From an uncultured Chloroflexia bacterium (lineage in GTDB: Bacteria > Chloroflexota > Anaerolineae > JAAYZQ01), in NCBI GenBank assembly GCA_963700285.1, contig CAVOXA010000022.1, forward strand, positions 32,001 through 96,000: a DNA stretch of 64,000 bases, read 5' to 3'. This document shows positions 62,520 through 64,000 of this stretch, one piece after another. Each line of letters opens with the position of its first letter. Position 1 is the first letter of the stretch. The notes under the pieces were generated by a model. That model ran no database searches, was not told the origin of the DNA, and saw nothing but the letters and a program-made list of their open reading frames with translations. Both the position numbers and the translations under genes were made by a program.

Positions 62520-62665
62520 AGCTCCCACCTCCCACAGGTTGACAAGCTGCCGGTCCAGCCTTGGAGTAGCGATGATCCGATGGGTCAATCGCTCATTGGG
62601 CAGCCCTCACTTCTCGCCCCGCAACGGCCACGATCAGGCGCTCCAGTTTGGCCGGTAAGCGCTGT

Positions 62666-63727
62666 CTATGCGTTGATCCCCGACGGGAACTTTTTCGCCG
62701 TACTCTCGATGAAATTCCACAGGGGCCAGGGAATCGTGCCCAGTAGGAACGAAAAGGCGACCATCACCCGCGGATCCGACAGGTCCAGCACCAACTCGTT
62801 GCTCGAGGCCAGGGTGATTTTCAGCGACACCAGCGAGAGCAAAAAGACGATGACCAGTACCATCACCGGGGTGGCTACCAGGTGGGCGATGTGCATGATG
62901 ATCCCATCCTGGTAGAAACGGCGCTGGTATAGGTACCAGCCGGTCATCATGATTTTATTCACCAGGATGCCGGCCAGCGCCCACAGAAGGACCTCGATCA
63001 TGCGCAGCGGATCGCGGTTCCAGATGCCCACCCCGAGTTCCTTGGGCGTTTTGATGATGCCGCGCAGGGCATCGATGCGCTCCGGCAGCTCCGACTTTTC
63101 CTTATCCGCCAGCGTCGCCGCGGCCTTGTCCTCGACCAGCGAGGCTTTGATGGTATTCACGCGCGCCGCCACCAGCAGCCTGTCGGTCTCGCTCAGGTCC
63201 TTCCGCTGTCCCAGGGCCTTCTCCACGTCGGTGGCAATGTCCTCCACGGCCGCCATCAGCTCGGCGCCCGCCGCTACCTTGTCCTCAGCCTCAAAGGCTT
63301 CCGCGGCCTGCTCCTCGAACTTGGAGATGGCTACCGGAATCGTCTCGCTCAGTGGCGCGGCCCCCTGTCGGACAAGGAGGTGGAGCGCGACGTAGGCGAT
63401 CACCAGGATGGCAAAGGCCACCAGCAGCCCAGAGAAAAAAATCCTGCCTGCCTTTGTGTCCTCGTCCTCTTCGCGGCGTACAACGTCCAGCCAGACGCCA
63501 TCGTCCGTCTCATCCGGAACCTTGAGGGTTTTGGTCCGGCCCGCAATGTTCTTGGCGTCGAGGGCTACAAAGGACCAGCTTCCTTTTTCCAGATCATCAA
63601 AGGTAAAGGCCCCGTGATCATCAGCCACCACATGTTTGGTGTCCGTGTCCTTTCTTGCCTCTACCGTCGCCCTGGACACGCGCTCTTTGGTCACAGACTG
63701 GGATACGGTTCCATTCACAATGGCCAT
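62666..63727 (-). CDS. Membrane protein with an N-terminal carboxypeptidase-regulatory-like beta domain and about 4 TM helices
   Basis: GTV...V..ATV...DD.G.F.F..L..G; one TM, a helical linker, three C-terminal TMs; SD AAGGAGG. Confidence 0.75.
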   Translation of the reverse strand: MAIVNGTVSQSVTKERVSRATVEARKDTDTKHVVADDHGAFTFDDLEKGSWSFVALDAKNIAGRTKTLKVPDETDDGVWLDVVRREEDEDTKAGRIFFSGLLVAFAILVIAYVALHLLVRQGAAPLSETIPVAISKFEEQAAEAFEAEDKVAAGAELMAAVEDIATDVEKALGQRKDLSETDRLLVAARVNTIKASLVEDKAAATLADKEKSELPERIDALRGIIKTPKELGVGIWNRDPLRMIEVLLWALAGILVNKIMMTGWYLYQRRFYQDGIIMHIAHLVATPVMVLVIVFLLSLVSLKITLASSNELVLDLSDPRVMVAFSFLLGTIPWPLWNFIESTAKKFPSGINA

Positions 63728-63912
63728 AGTCACCCTCCTTTCCAACGCGGTTCGCTTAACCAACCAGATTGACAGCTCCCATTATACCACATCTGTCAAG
63801 TTGAAACCGGAGCCTCAGACTTCCGAAGTCGAATCATGACTTGTTGGGGGTAGGCAGAAACTCGAACAGGTTTTGGCCCCTTTGACAATGCGCTTCCCCA
63901 GAAAACCGCCTA

Positions 63913-63940
63913 TTGACTTCTACCCTGCTTGTGGTATGAT
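63913..63940 (+). promoter_or_regulatory. Promoter for a gene beyond the window
   Basis: TTGACT-16 nt-TATGAT with TGTGG; AGTACT half-sites downstream. Confidence 0.55.
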
Positions 63941-64000
63941 AGGGTCAAGCAGTACTGCATCTTACCTGACACTCATGATCAGTACTCCTGCTGCCTGCTC

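Overview
GC-rich bacterial window, probably from an anaerobic Chloroflexota (Anaerolineae-like) genome. This is inferred from gene content, Chloroflexota-style palindromic repeats and an LPIIRR motif, and is not verified. The left half (1-32.2 kb) is a Wood-Ljungdahl supercluster: acsB, cooS, a Cys-less HMA protein, fhs, two folD paralogs around a GAF kinase/LuxR pair, fchA, an hdrCB fusion, metF, metV, tldE/tldD, a selenocysteine MvhD missed by the ORF track, an HdrL-type HdrA, hdrB, hdrC, a Cys MvhD and hdrA. A REP-associated tyrosine transposase (RAYT) flanked on both sides by ~1-kb tandem arrays of a 78-bp triple-hairpin repeat interrupts the cluster. The hdr operon is preceded by a structured ~260-nt leader that looks like an unclassified riboswitch or attenuator. 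The right half is accessory: a protein with three caspase domains and TPRs, a frameshift-riddled tyrosine phenol-lyase, a MATE transporter, a MarR-controlled corrinoid methyltransferase cassette, a PemK-type TA pair, a secreted CAP/IPT/DNRLRE protein, a two-component/ABC exporter locus, and a six-gene putative defence cluster (membrane protein, M4/M36-like protease, MBL hydrolase, TM0106 nuclease, Septu-like ATPase plus HNH). Many single-base frameshifts suggest assembly indel errors. All calls come from reading motifs by eye; no searches or folding were run.
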